64,000 bases of DNA from positions 1 to 64,000 of the IMG/VR virus record IMGVR_UViG_3300043424_000108; one strand, 5' to 3'. The position numbers and the translations under genes are program-made. The notes below the pieces were generated by a model. That model worked only from the letters and a program-made list of their open reading frames with translations, was not told the DNA's origin and ran no database searches. Position 1 is the first letter of the stretch; every line of letters begins with the position of its first letter. Below, one piece after another: positions 18,367 to 26,866 of this stretch. This stretch comes from a virus.

Positions 18367-19211
18367 ATAAACTAGATTTATTAAACTCATCAAGAACAAA
18401 TTGGGTAGTAGAAAAGAAAGCCTTGTTTGGTCCTGATGGAGAACCAACACCAGCATTTGGAGTCTTCAGAACAGACAACAACAGATGTTTAGGTATTGTA
18501 GGAGCCAAGTATGTTCCTACACAGAACGAAGAAATCCTAGATATGCTACTTGAGGCAGCAGCCCGAGTGAATATCTCAGGTGAAAGAGGTGGTATGCTCG
18601 GAGAAGGACAGAAAGTCTATTACCAGTTCCCCCTACAAGATGTAAAAATCGGAGGATCTTATAACAAAAGATACTTAACTGCTTTGACTTCTCATGACGG
18701 CAGCTCTCCTATAGGCTTTGGTGCCACTAACGTAACTGTTGTATGTGCTAATACCTTTTACATGGCACTAAGGGACTCTCAGCGTGTAAGACACACTAAG
18801 AACTCACACGGACGATTGGCTATTATTATCTCTCAACTTCAAAGTTCTTTAACTCAAGAAGAACAGTTCATTGAGAAACTAGTAGAGTTGAGTAAGATTA
18901 ATGTTCCTGAAACTGTTTCAGATGAATTTATCTTAAACATTATCGGTGGAGATGTAGCTAACTCTAGAGGTAAGAACAGAGTAAATGACTTTAAACGAGC
19001 TATCACTACCGAGTATGAGACACATGGTAACACTGCTTATGCTTTGTTTAATGCAACTACTCGCTTTACTAACTACATGATGGCACACAAGAGTGTAGAA
19101 GCTAAGCGTGAGTCTTTGATTCATGGTAGTGCTTACAGCATTAACAACAAAGGTTTAGAATTAATTTCTGAAACCTATACACCTTTGTACACACCTGAGT
19201 TATCTTTGTAA
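18363..19211 (+). CDS. DUF932 family protein
   Basis: RTDNN..LGIVG..Y.P.QN, SHDGS, VVCANT, RHTKN. Confidence 0.9.
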   Translation: MNKLDLLNSSRTNWVVEKKALFGPDGEPTPAFGVFRTDNNRCLGIVGAKYVPTQNEEILDMLLEAAARVNISGERGGMLGEGQKVYYQFPLQDVKIGGSYNKRYLTALTSHDGSSPIGFGATNVTVVCANTFYMALRDSQRVRHTKNSHGRLAIIISQLQSSLTQEEQFIEKLVELSKINVPETVSDEFILNIIGGDVANSRGKNRVNDFKRAITTEYETHGNTAYALFNATTRFTNYMMAHKSVEAKRESLIHGSAYSINNKGLELISETYTPLYTPELSL

Positions 19212-19234
19212 TACCTGTTGCATGCCAAAAGATT

Positions 19235-19263
19235 AGGGGGTCATTAGATCCCCTTTTCTTTTT
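19235..19263 (+). terminator. intrinsic terminator
   Basis: AGGGGGTC-ATTA-GATCCCCT followed by T-rich tract. Confidence 0.7.
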
Positions 19264-19276
19264 GTGTGTTCTCAGT

Positions 19277-19284
19277 TATATTTG
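19277..19284 (+). promoter_or_regulatory. -7 element TATATTTG
   Basis: Immediately after the terminator, 6 nt before ATG 19291. Confidence 0.55.
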
Positions 19285-19290
19285 TAGAGT

Positions 19291-19935
19291 ATGTTAAAGA
19301 GAACACCTAAAAAGATTCCCGTAAAGGGATTACCAGAAGAGAGAGATTTGCAGAAGCCTTGCTCTGAGTGTGGTAAGATTAAAGCAATAGCAAACAAGAC
19401 AAAAAGATTGTGTGCTACATGCGTAGTAAAAGAGAAGAAGGCTAAACAAAAAGTCCGCAAAGAGATTAAGAGAAAGATCAAACAAGAAACTATCACTCAA
19501 ACTAAGTTAGACCAAATAACTTCCTGGCTAGTAAGAGGGGCACACATTAACAAATGTCATGCTTGTGAGATTACACTTGACCCTAAAGGACTCCAATGTG
19601 CACACTTCGTAGGAAGAACCAAAGTATCTACACGATACCACTTAACTAATCTTTTGCCCGCTTGTCCTAAATGTAACCTATATACTCCTCACCACGTGTG
19701 GAACTTAGGTAAGTCTTTGAATAGGATATGGGGAGAAGATACTACGGAAGATATGTTGCAACTCTCTAACAAGATTCTTAAGCTAAGCAACCATGATAGA
19801 AAACTCATCTACGATGTGTATAGAACTTGCCTTACAGATATCGAACAAGGCAACTACACTCAAGTTGAGAAGTATCAGAAACTCCGTGAGGCATTACACG
19901 ATTACAATAAAATAGTAGGACCATTATTAAAATGA
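19291..19935 (+). CDS. NinG/Rap-like HNH nuclease
   Basis: CHAC, LQCAHFVGR, TRYHLTNL..ACPKCN; N-terminal CSEC...CATC. Confidence 0.8.
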   Translation: MLKRTPKKIPVKGLPEERDLQKPCSECGKIKAIANKTKRLCATCVVKEKKAKQKVRKEIKRKIKQETITQTKLDQITSWLVRGAHINKCHACEITLDPKGLQCAHFVGRTKVSTRYHLTNLLPACPKCNLYTPHHVWNLGKSLNRIWGEDTTEDMLQLSNKILKLSNHDRKLIYDVYRTCLTDIEQGNYTQVEKYQKLREALHDYNKIVGPLLK

Positions 19936-19941
19936 TTTAAA

Positions 19942-21912
19942 GTGATATATCTAGTAACAAAACAAGATATCTCCCTACCTGATGTAACTCTCTGCTCCGT
20001 ACAAGATTCCCTAGATTACTTAAATAAGTTAGACTCTATTGGTGTCGATACCGAGACTAGTGGTTTTGATCCATATACTTGCAAGTTTTATACCTTGCAA
20101 TTAGGAGACCAAGACGTACAGTATGTTGTAGACCTATCTACGATAGACATTCAAGAGTATAAGAATTTACTAGAGACTAAGGAACTCATAGGTCATAACT
20201 TTAAGTTTGACTTACGATTCTTGTATCATCAGAGAATTGTACCCACTAGGGTATATGATACGTTTTTAGGAGAGAAAACATCCCGTTTGGGTATAGAAAG
20301 TCATAGATGTTCTTTAGCTGCTTGTGTAGATCGCCATTGCGGAATAACACTTAGCAAAGAAGAACGAGCAAACATTACAGGTAGACTAACCGAAGGGTTT
20401 GTTAAGTATTCTGCCTATGACGTAAAATATCTCCACGAGATTAAGAGTAAGCAAAACTTTAATCAATTTACAGAAGGTACAGATGTGTCCATTCAATTGG
20501 ACAATCGCTTTGTTCTAGTGCTAGCATATATCGAATACTGTGGTATGAAGCTAGACGTAGAACAATGGACCAAGAAGATTGAAAAAGTACAGATACAAGC
20601 TGATGAGGCAGTAGAAGAACTTAATAAGTTTATCCTAGAGAACAGAATGTCTAAATTTATAGACACTCAGTTAGACATGTTCTCTACAGGTAATAAGATT
20701 AACGTGAATTGGAACTCACCCTTACAGGTTGTAGAATTCTTTGAAGCTATAGGTGTAAACACAACCGTAGTCGAGAAAGGAGTGAAGAAACAAACTATAG
20801 AAGCAAACCATCTAATTAAGTTTGTAGACAAGTACCCGATTATTAAAACCTATCTTTCATTCAAAGAAGCACAGAAAGACATAGGAACTTATGGTTACAA
20901 CTGGATAGAACAAATCAATCCAGTAAGCGGAAGAATCCACACACAGTTTAAGCAGTTGATGAACACAGGACGCTTATCTAGTGGTGGTAAATCTGGTAAC
21001 GTAAAGAACTTTAACTTTCAAAACATTCCATCAGACCAAGAGACTCGTAGTTGCTTTGTAGCAGCAGAAGGGAATACTCTAGTAGGTTGTGACTATACAG
21101 GACAAGAACAGATTGTACTAGTCAACAAGTGCTTAGATAAAAACTTACTTGAGTTTTATGATAATGACTTAGGTGATATGCACTCGTTTATAGCGAGTAA
21201 GATGTATCCTGAGTTGGATGGTATGGACTTAGATGAAATCAAAAAGAAACATAAGGATAAGCGACAATCAGCTAAGGTTGCTGGCTTCGCTATTAACTAT
21301 GGTGGCTCAGGTATTGGTATAGCAGACCAACTAGGATTAAATGTAGAGCAAGGTCAAAAGATCTATGACGCATACTTTGCAGCCTTTCCTGGACTTAAAG
21401 CCTACTTTGATGAAACTAAGAAGTTTGGAATAGAGAATGGTTATGTGTTAATCTCTCCCGTAACAGGTAAGAGATCTTACGTAGATTATTACCAAGAGTT
21501 CGCAGAGATCAAAGGCGAATTAACAAAAGACTTCTGGGATAGATACAAATCCCTAAAGAACAGTGACACTCCTACTGCTAGGCAAATGAAGGAGAAGGTC
21601 AGCAGGTTCTTTAGAAAACGAGGTGACATTGAAAGAATGTCATTGAATTATCCTATCCAAGGTGAATCTGCGGAGATTACTAAATTAGCTTGTGTATATT
21701 TTTGGAATAAGTATTTAGTACCTAATAATTTATTGTTTAAAGTATTGATAGTCAATATAATACACGATGAAATATTGGTAGAAACTCCTCTAAGAATTGC
21801 AGAAGAGACAGCAAAACAATTAGAAAAATCAATGGTAGATGCAGGTGCTAAGTTTTGCAAAAGAGTAAAGCTAAAAGCAGATCCTTGTATTGCGCCTTAC
21901 TGGAAGAAGTAA
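19942..21912 (+). CDS. polA: family A DNA polymerase with 3'-5' exonuclease
   Basis: VDTET, HNFKFD, YSAYD, TGRLSS, DYTGQE, AKVAGFAINYG, IHDEI. Confidence 0.96.
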   Translation: MIYLVTKQDISLPDVTLCSVQDSLDYLNKLDSIGVDTETSGFDPYTCKFYTLQLGDQDVQYVVDLSTIDIQEYKNLLETKELIGHNFKFDLRFLYHQRIVPTRVYDTFLGEKTSRLGIESHRCSLAACVDRHCGITLSKEERANITGRLTEGFVKYSAYDVKYLHEIKSKQNFNQFTEGTDVSIQLDNRFVLVLAYIEYCGMKLDVEQWTKKIEKVQIQADEAVEELNKFILENRMSKFIDTQLDMFSTGNKINVNWNSPLQVVEFFEAIGVNTTVVEKGVKKQTIEANHLIKFVDKYPIIKTYLSFKEAQKDIGTYGYNWIEQINPVSGRIHTQFKQLMNTGRLSSGGKSGNVKNFNFQNIPSDQETRSCFVAAEGNTLVGCDYTGQEQIVLVNKCLDKNLLEFYDNDLGDMHSFIASKMYPELDGMDLDEIKKKHKDKRQSAKVAGFAINYGGSGIGIADQLGLNVEQGQKIYDAYFAAFPGLKAYFDETKKFGIENGYVLISPVTGKRSYVDYYQEFAEIKGELTKDFWDRYKSLKNSDTPTARQMKEKVSRFFRKRGDIERMSLNYPIQGESAEITKLACVYFWNKYLVPNNLLFKVLIVNIIHDEILVETPLRIAEETAKQLEKSMVDAGAKFCKRVKLKADPCIAPYWKK

Positions 21913-22172
21913 TGAAAGAAGAAGAGATTAAGGAAGTTAGGAGAACATATCTCCTAGCTAGAGCAGTTAACACACAGTATCAATTTATTCGTGAGTTTGT
22001 TAATCCAGACTTAAGGAAAGCAATTAACGAAGCTAAGGCAAAGAATGCTTACTTCATCAAGTTATTAGACGGTTACTTAGAGAAAAGAAACGTAAGTAGC
22101 CAGATAGACGAAGATGAAGAGTTAGCATTCTTGCTATTAGAAGAAATAGAAAAAAGAACAGATGATAAATAG
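21912..22172 (+). CDS. hypothetical protein
   Basis: Probable start at TAATG overlap with the polA stop. Confidence 0.7.
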   Translation: MKEEEIKEVRRTYLLARAVNTQYQFIREFVNPDLRKAINEAKAKNAYFIKLLDGYLEKRNVSSQIDEDEELAFLLLEEIEKRTDDK

Positions 22173-22599
22173 AGTTTACATTCCTGCATCTTTATCTCTT
22201 AATATAGATGGCACTGTACATCTTAAAGGAGATAGAGAACTAATGCAGTCTTATTTTAGAGAACTTATGAAACAGGACCCCAAAGTAGATGTAGAGATTT
22301 GTATTACACGAATCGACTCAAAGAAAACAAACCCTCAATTGGCTTATTTTTACAGTACCCTAGTACCTATCATCCGAGGAGGATTTGAGTCGCTTACGGG
22401 GGAAGTATACACCAAAGAAGACGTAGTTGCTTTCCTTAAGGACAAGTATTTCTACGAGGAGATTATGTTTCAGGGACAATTTATCAAAACTCCTCTTTCA
22501 CTTTCTAAGGGAAAGAAGGAAGAAGTCCATAAGTTTATCCAAGATGTTATTACCTTTGCAAGAGAAATCCTGGGAGTGGAAGTACCAGAACTAAGTTAG
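22162..22599 (+). CDS. NinB/Orf-like recombination protein
   Basis: KTNPQLAYFY...FLKDKY...SLS...FIQDV...LGVEVP. Confidence 0.65.
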   Translation: MINRVYIPASLSLNIDGTVHLKGDRELMQSYFRELMKQDPKVDVEICITRIDSKKTNPQLAYFYSTLVPIIRGGFESLTGEVYTKEDVVAFLKDKYFYEEIMFQGQFIKTPLSLSKGKKEEVHKFIQDVITFAREILGVEVPELS

Positions 22600-22604
22600 A
22601 AATT

Positions 22605-22877
22605 ATGTTATACATTATAGAACCAAGAACAGAAACAAACAAAGTGGAAGCCGTGGGCTTTCCTGGAATTAGCCACTACTATGGTGAGAATTCAGTTACT
22701 TACAAAGACGAAAAAGGAGACAAAGGAGAAATTACAGTCTCTATAGGGTCTATCGTTAATTGTAATGGAACTCCTGGAGTAGTCACAGAAGTTGTTACTA
22801 TGAAGTTTGGAAGAGTTATCCTAACAGTTAAGTTAGATCATACTCCTAAAACTACTACAGGAGCTTTAATGCGTTGA
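22605..22877 (+). CDS. hypothetical protein
   Basis: Operon ORF. Confidence 0.65.
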   Translation: MLYIIEPRTETNKVEAVGFPGISHYYGENSVTYKDEKGDKGEITVSIGSIVNCNGTPGVVTEVVTMKFGRVILTVKLDHTPKTTTGALMR

Positions 22878-22879
22878 TT

Positions 22880-23860
22880 ATGGCAAATGATTTCCCCGCT
22901 ATGGAAGATTACAACGAGGGCACACAAGCACTTCGTTTTAACAAAGGCAAAGCACATTGGTCTCTAGTAGATTTTAAGTCTCTAGAGCCAATGGTGGAAG
23001 TCTTAGAGTTTGGAGCAAAGAAATATTCCTTGACAAATAAATTGGATATACTATCTTTGTTACAGTTATGCCTAAAATCGGAATTTGTAACAACTGTGAA
23101 GATAGTAGACCAATTATCTCACGAGGACTTTGTAGTACCTGTTACAGAAAAGCTACGGAAAATTATGGTACCTGCACAAGGTGTTCGGAACATAGACCTG
23201 TTAATAAAAAATCTATGTGTAGAGCCTGTGCTGAGTACGTCAGAGTGCACAGCTCTAATGAGTATACTACCAAAGTCAGAGAATACCAAGCAAACTACAG
23301 AAAAAGAGAAGACTTCCGAGAGCAAGAACGAGTTAGATCGGCTAACAGAAGAAGTAATCCAGAGTATTTACTTAGGAAAAAAAGATCAGACTTCTTACGA
23401 AGACTTTCCAACTATGGAATTACTGAGGAGTTTTATCTCTCTGAGTGCAAAAAAGGCTGTCAAATTTGCGGAAATAAAGAAAGATTACACATTGACCATG
23501 ATCATACAACAAGAAAATACAGAGGTATTTTGTGTGGTAAATGCAACAACGCCCTTGGCTTGTTTGACGACAATGTTAAAATTATTGCAAAAGCAATCTC
23601 TTATTTGCAAAAAAATAACAGTCAGTAACGGTGTATATACCGAATCTGGAAAAAACAATTGGAAAAAAGGAATGCCAGTAAGCGAAGTAGTTGAAAGCAT
23701 GCTTAGACATACATTCAGTTTGTTGTCAGGTGAGTCTCACGATAAGGAGTCTTTGATTCACCATATAGGACACATACAATGTAACGCTATGTTTATTGCT
23801 TACATCCTCAGAGAGAAGCCTGAATTTAATGACTTAACAGATGAAGGTAAAGTTCAGTAA
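22880..23860 (+). CDS. dATP/dGTP diphosphohydrolase (DUF5664) interrupted by a 207-codon in-frame insertion
   Basis: N-part RFNKGK..WSLVD...VLEFGAKKY; C-part GKNNWKKG...SMLRH...DKESLIHHIGHIQCNAMF; removing 23027..23647 gives a ~119-aa canonical domain. Confidence 0.88.
   Translation: MANDFPAMEDYNEGTQALRFNKGKAHWSLVDFKSLEPMVEVLEFGAKKYSLTNKLDILSLLQLCLKSEFVTTVKIVDQLSHEDFVVPVTEKLRKIMVPAQGVRNIDLLIKNLCVEPVLSTSECTALMSILPKSENTKQTTEKEKTSESKNELDRLTEEVIQSIYLGKKDQTSYEDFPTMELLRSFISLSAKKAVKFAEIKKDYTLTMIIQQENTEVFCVVNATTPLACLTTMLKLLQKQSLICKKITVSNGVYTESGKNNWKKGMPVSEVVESMLRHTFSLLSGESHDKESLIHHIGHIQCNAMFIAYILREKPEFNDLTDEGKVQ
23030..23059 (+). promoter_or_regulatory. internal promoter of the inserted element
   Basis: TTGACA-N16-TATCTTTG, 8 nt upstream of ATG 23068. 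Confidence 0.75.
23068..23628 (+). CDS. endonuclease VII-family (Endonuclease_7) homing endonuclease nested in an alternative frame
   Basis: CQICG...LHIDHDH...RGILCGKCNNALGLFDDN...AISYL; two N-terminal CxxC-CxxC repeats. Confidence 0.92.
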   Translation: MPKIGICNNCEDSRPIISRGLCSTCYRKATENYGTCTRCSEHRPVNKKSMCRACAEYVRVHSSNEYTTKVREYQANYRKREDFREQERVRSANRRSNPEYLLRKKRSDFLRRLSNYGITEEFYLSECKKGCQICGNKERLHIDHDHTTRKYRGILCGKCNNALGLFDDNVKIIAKAISYLQKNNSQ

Positions 23861-24014
23861 CTTCTTTAGAGGAAAACAAGGACAACGAGATTATCCTTAT
23901 TGGTTTTTTTACACAATCCCTACACTAACCTTTAGCAGAACACACTCTAAACAAAAGTTCAGTGTTCACTTAGGGTTTTTGTGGTTTAATTTAACTTTAA
24001 CAATAAACAAATGA
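23841..24014 (+). CDS. 57-aa hypothetical protein (not in ORF track)
   Basis: MKVKFSNFF...IPTLTF...LGFLWFNLTLTINK; ATGA overlap with next gene. Confidence 0.65.
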   Translation: MKVKFSNFFRGKQGQRDYPYWFFYTIPTLTFSRTHSKQKFSVHLGFLWFNLTLTINK

Positions 24015-24979
24015 TTTTAGATCAAGGATACTTAGACAGTACAGCACAGAGTCAGAGCAGACTTAAAAAGCTATTGCAACACCCAAACCTTTATTATAAT
24101 TATGACCCTAGCTCCGATACAGATGAGCCAGCAGAAGTAACTCTAATAGGTGATGGAGTTGATTTAATCTTAACTCAAGGAGAAGAAGTATTCAGATCAG
24201 AGTTCCACATCAGTAGTGTAGAAAGACCTACAGGACAAATGGGAGACTTTGTATGGCATCTTTATACTAACCGAAATGATAGTATGGCTGAGACTATTGC
24301 GTATGAAGCAGCAAAGTTTAAGCGAGATACTCTCCCTAAGGTAAGAGAAAGATTCGCAATAGAAGGTAAGACCTATTACGAAGATTTGATTGCAGCAGAA
24401 GGAAAGAAAGTAATCTCTTTTGCCCAAGAAGCTCTGATCATTAATATCGCAGAAGGACTCAAGTCACATGCCTTCACTTCTAAGTTTGTAAAAGGTAACT
24501 CACAGTACAAAGTATTTACCCAACAAGCTTTAAGCTTTGAGTATTTAGGAGTACAGTGTAAAGGTTTACTAGATCTAGTAGTTGTTGATGTAGTAAACAA
24601 CATTCTTTATCCTATCGACTTGAAGACTACTACTACTTCCTTAAATTTTTGGACAGATACTCTTATGAAGTATCGCTATGACTTTCAAGGAGCATTCTAC
24701 ACAGAAGCTTTGAAGCAAACAGACCTCAGTATCTATGGAGAAAATCTAACAGTTAACAACTTTAGATTCATTGTAGAAAGCCAGAAGTTCCCAGGTAGTC
24801 CTTTAATCTATGAGCTGTCAGATGAAGCCATGGCTATAGGTAAGATGGGTGGAACTTTCCAAGGTAAGACCTACGAGGGTTTTCACCAAGCTATTGAGAG
24901 ACTTATGTGGCACTCAGAAAACGATTTGTGGGCATACACTAAAGAAGACTACGAGAATGACGGCATCAGAGTTATCTAA
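24011..24979 (+). CDS. PD-(D/E)XK exonuclease (RecE/ExoVIII-like)
   Basis: SQSRLK, CKGLLD, IDLKTT, YRYDFQGAFY, FRFIV. Confidence 0.88.
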   Translation: MILDQGYLDSTAQSQSRLKKLLQHPNLYYNYDPSSDTDEPAEVTLIGDGVDLILTQGEEVFRSEFHISSVERPTGQMGDFVWHLYTNRNDSMAETIAYEAAKFKRDTLPKVRERFAIEGKTYYEDLIAAEGKKVISFAQEALIINIAEGLKSHAFTSKFVKGNSQYKVFTQQALSFEYLGVQCKGLLDLVVVDVVNNILYPIDLKTTTTSLNFWTDTLMKYRYDFQGAFYTEALKQTDLSIYGENLTVNNFRFIVESQKFPGSPLIYELSDEAMAIGKMGGTFQGKTYEGFHQAIERLMWHSENDLWAYTKEDYENDGIRVI

Positions 24980-25424
24980 TTACATAGGCGTGAACGAAGA
25001 CACTAATAATACAACTAAGTTTATGAGTCCCCTGATATTTACTTCAGGGGCTCAAGCTGCTAGACTATTGTATAACTTTGGTTTAGTTAACGTTTACTTA
25101 GACGATTACGGGTTTAGAGCTAAGCATTCTAACTGTTTGTTCTTTTTATTCGAACCTGTAGACACTAGTGCTTTCAAAGCTTTTGAAGAAAAGATTACTA
25201 GTTTTGACTCTTTCTTTGACTACTACGAGGTAGATGAAAGGATCATGTATGTGTTCAAGCCTAACAAAGTTTATCACAGAGACATAGAGTTATTTAAGCA
25301 AGGTAGGTTTGATGAATTTTCTGAAGACTATAAACTACTACTACATAAAGATATAAAGTTTGATGGAGTGGTAGTGGATATTACAAAAGAAATTTATAGA
25401 TTTGAAGAAAGTTTAAAACCGTAG
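24957..25424 (+). CDS. conserved crAss-like hypothetical protein
   Basis: Likely start ATG 24957; NVYL..., F.QGRFDEFSEDYK. Confidence 0.7.
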   Translation: MTASELSNYIGVNEDTNNTTKFMSPLIFTSGAQAARLLYNFGLVNVYLDDYGFRAKHSNCLFFLFEPVDTSAFKAFEEKITSFDSFFDYYEVDERIMYVFKPNKVYHRDIELFKQGRFDEFSEDYKLLLHKDIKFDGVVVDITKEIYRFEESLKP

Positions 25425-25425
25425 T

Positions 25426-25866
25426 ATGCATAAAATACCAATCGTTTACAACGCAGTAGTAGGAGGTAAAGCTAGCCTTTACTTAGATTTAACTAAAAGG
25501 ATAGCTTTAGAATCTTACTGTAAGAGACTACAGGTAGGATGTCTTATAGTAAAGAATGGAAACATTATTTCCTTTGGCTATAACGGAACTCCTTCTGGCT
25601 TTCCCAATGTATGTGAGTGTGACGATACCACTTTTGACTATGTACTACACGCAGAGTCTAATGCAATCACTAAGGCATGCAAGAGTCCTATCAGTACAGA
25701 AGACGCAACTATGTACTGTACTCATGCATGCTGTGTGCATTGCGCTAAGTTGGTAATTCAGAGTGGAATTACTACATTTGTATACCTAGAAGACTACAGA
25801 GATAGATCAGGAATAGAACTCTTAATCACTGCAGGTCTAGATGTCGTTAAAGCAAAAACAATTTAA
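25426..25866 (+). CDS. dCMP deaminase
   Basis: QVGCLIV, GYNGTPSG, HAESNA, CCVHCAK. Confidence 0.95.
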   Translation: MHKIPIVYNAVVGGKASLYLDLTKRIALESYCKRLQVGCLIVKNGNIISFGYNGTPSGFPNVCECDDTTFDYVLHAESNAITKACKSPISTEDATMYCTHACCVHCAKLVIQSGITTFVYLEDYRDRSGIELLITAGLDVVKAKTI

Positions 25867-25871
25867 AAAAT

Positions 25872-26153
25872 ATGAGCATCACGTTAAAAGGACACAGAGT
25901 ATTACTCAATCGTCCCGTAAGAGAAGAAAGACTTATCAAACTAACTCCAGAGATGGAAGAAGCGATGGAGTTTGAAGAGTTGAAGAAGTTGAAGAACTTG
26001 GAAGTATTCGCCATCGGAGAAGAAGTACAAGGTATCAACGTTGGAGACAAGGTCTATGTACAGTTAATGGCATTGCAATCTGCAGAACTTGTAGAAGTAG
26101 AAGGCAATGAAAAAATTATGGTAAGATCTAGCGACATCGCTATCATCTGGTAA
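25872..26153 (+). CDS. GroES-like co-chaperonin
   Basis: LKGHRVLL...VFAIGEEV...VGDKVY...DIAIIW. Confidence 0.75.
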   Translation: MSITLKGHRVLLNRPVREERLIKLTPEMEEAMEFEELKKLKNLEVFAIGEEVQGINVGDKVYVQLMALQSAELVEVEGNEKIMVRSSDIAIIW

Positions 26154-26164
26154 TAAAAAGCTAT

Positions 26165-26443
26165 ATGGAAGATACAAGCGCACCACAAAGAGAGTTGACA
26201 CTTGGAGAAAAGAGATGTCACATCAACTTCAACCCATCAAGCGATGACAAGATTGGAACATTCAAACGTATGATGGCGGATGCTATTGACTTTTGCGAAA
26301 GAGAAGTAATGCTATCAAGAAGTTTAAATACATTAACTTCTGATGAATACATGGAGCAAGTAAGATGCTTTAAAATTGCCCAAGAGCACTTGGAAACAGC
26401 ACAAATGTATGCAGTAAAAGGAATCGCCAAAGGATTAAAATAA
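26165..26443 (+). CDS. Acb2/Tad1-like helical-hairpin protein (putative nucleotide-signal sponge)
   Basis: TLGEKR..INFNPS...K...ID...RCFKIAQEHLETAQMYAVK. Confidence 0.6.
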   Translation: MEDTSAPQRELTLGEKRCHINFNPSSDDKIGTFKRMMADAIDFCEREVMLSRSLNTLTSDEYMEQVRCFKIAQEHLETAQMYAVKGIAKGLK

Positions 26444-26450
26444 AAAAGAT

Positions 26451-26774
26451 ATGTTATTCTACTATACAGAAAAAGAAAAGATCGAGAATGGTGAAGAGAT
26501 GGAACTCATCGTTAAGAAAGGTTTCTCTTTTGACCTCAACAAGGTGTTGATGACCTATCCTACAGAGAATGGATTGGCTATTGTTCTTGAGGGAGCAGCA
26601 GACAAACTTAACCCTGTAGACTATCAATACAAAATTGATCCTGCAACTAAGCAAAAAGTTCCAGTAAAAATCACTAAATTTGAAATCACAAGTGAGCCTA
26701 TCGTAGTTGAGTTAAAGGTAAAGGAAGAGATTCTTGCTTTCTTTAGCTTGACAGGAGGACCACAAGCGATCTAA
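26451..26774 (+). CDS. hypothetical protein
   Basis: Last gene of the + strand block. Confidence 0.75.
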   Translation: MLFYYTEKEKIENGEEMELIVKKGFSFDLNKVLMTYPTENGLAIVLEGAADKLNPVDYQYKIDPATKQKVPVKITKFEITSEPIVVELKVKEEILAFFSLTGGPQAI

Positions 26775-26824
26775 TAGTTTTAGTTTATTTAGTTTTAGTT
26801 TTTAGTTATTTTACCAACCAAATG

Positions 26825-26853
26825 AAAAGGGGCTCTTAATAGGGCCCCTTTTT
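26825..26853. terminator. bidirectional intrinsic terminator
   Basis: AAAAGGGGCTCT-TAAT-AGGGCCCCTTTTT between convergent gene blocks. Confidence 0.85.
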
Positions 26854-26866
26854 ATTTAAAGTCTTA

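Larger units (their letters stand above)
23027..23647 (+). mobile_element. putative overprinted homing-endonuclease element
   Basis: 621 nt between TAT (Y) and GGA (G); contains a promoter, the Endo VII ORF and a short 3' hairpin; boundaries inferred from the protein motif. Confidence 0.8.

Noticed and set aside
21650-21912. Apparently more AT-rich 3' end of polA (possible recombinant patch)
   Set aside because: Impression by eye only; the protein is continuous and this cannot be supported without a composition scan or relatives
23027-23647. Canonical intein or group I intron explanation for the DUF5664 insert
   Set aside because: The endonuclease is in a different frame from the host. The host-frame peptide shows only a faint echo of intein ends (starts with S; SNGVYTES near the end) with no His-Asn and no +1 nucleophile. 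The flanks are too short for an intron core, and the U|G splice choices I tried give stops. Not formally excluded without HMM/CM searches.
25556-25756. Same-strand alternative-frame ORF inside dCMP deaminase (also 11425..11619, 38948..39175, 51405..51596, 60980..61183)
   Set aside because: Short and motif-less, and the host proteins show no insertion, unlike the DUF5664 case
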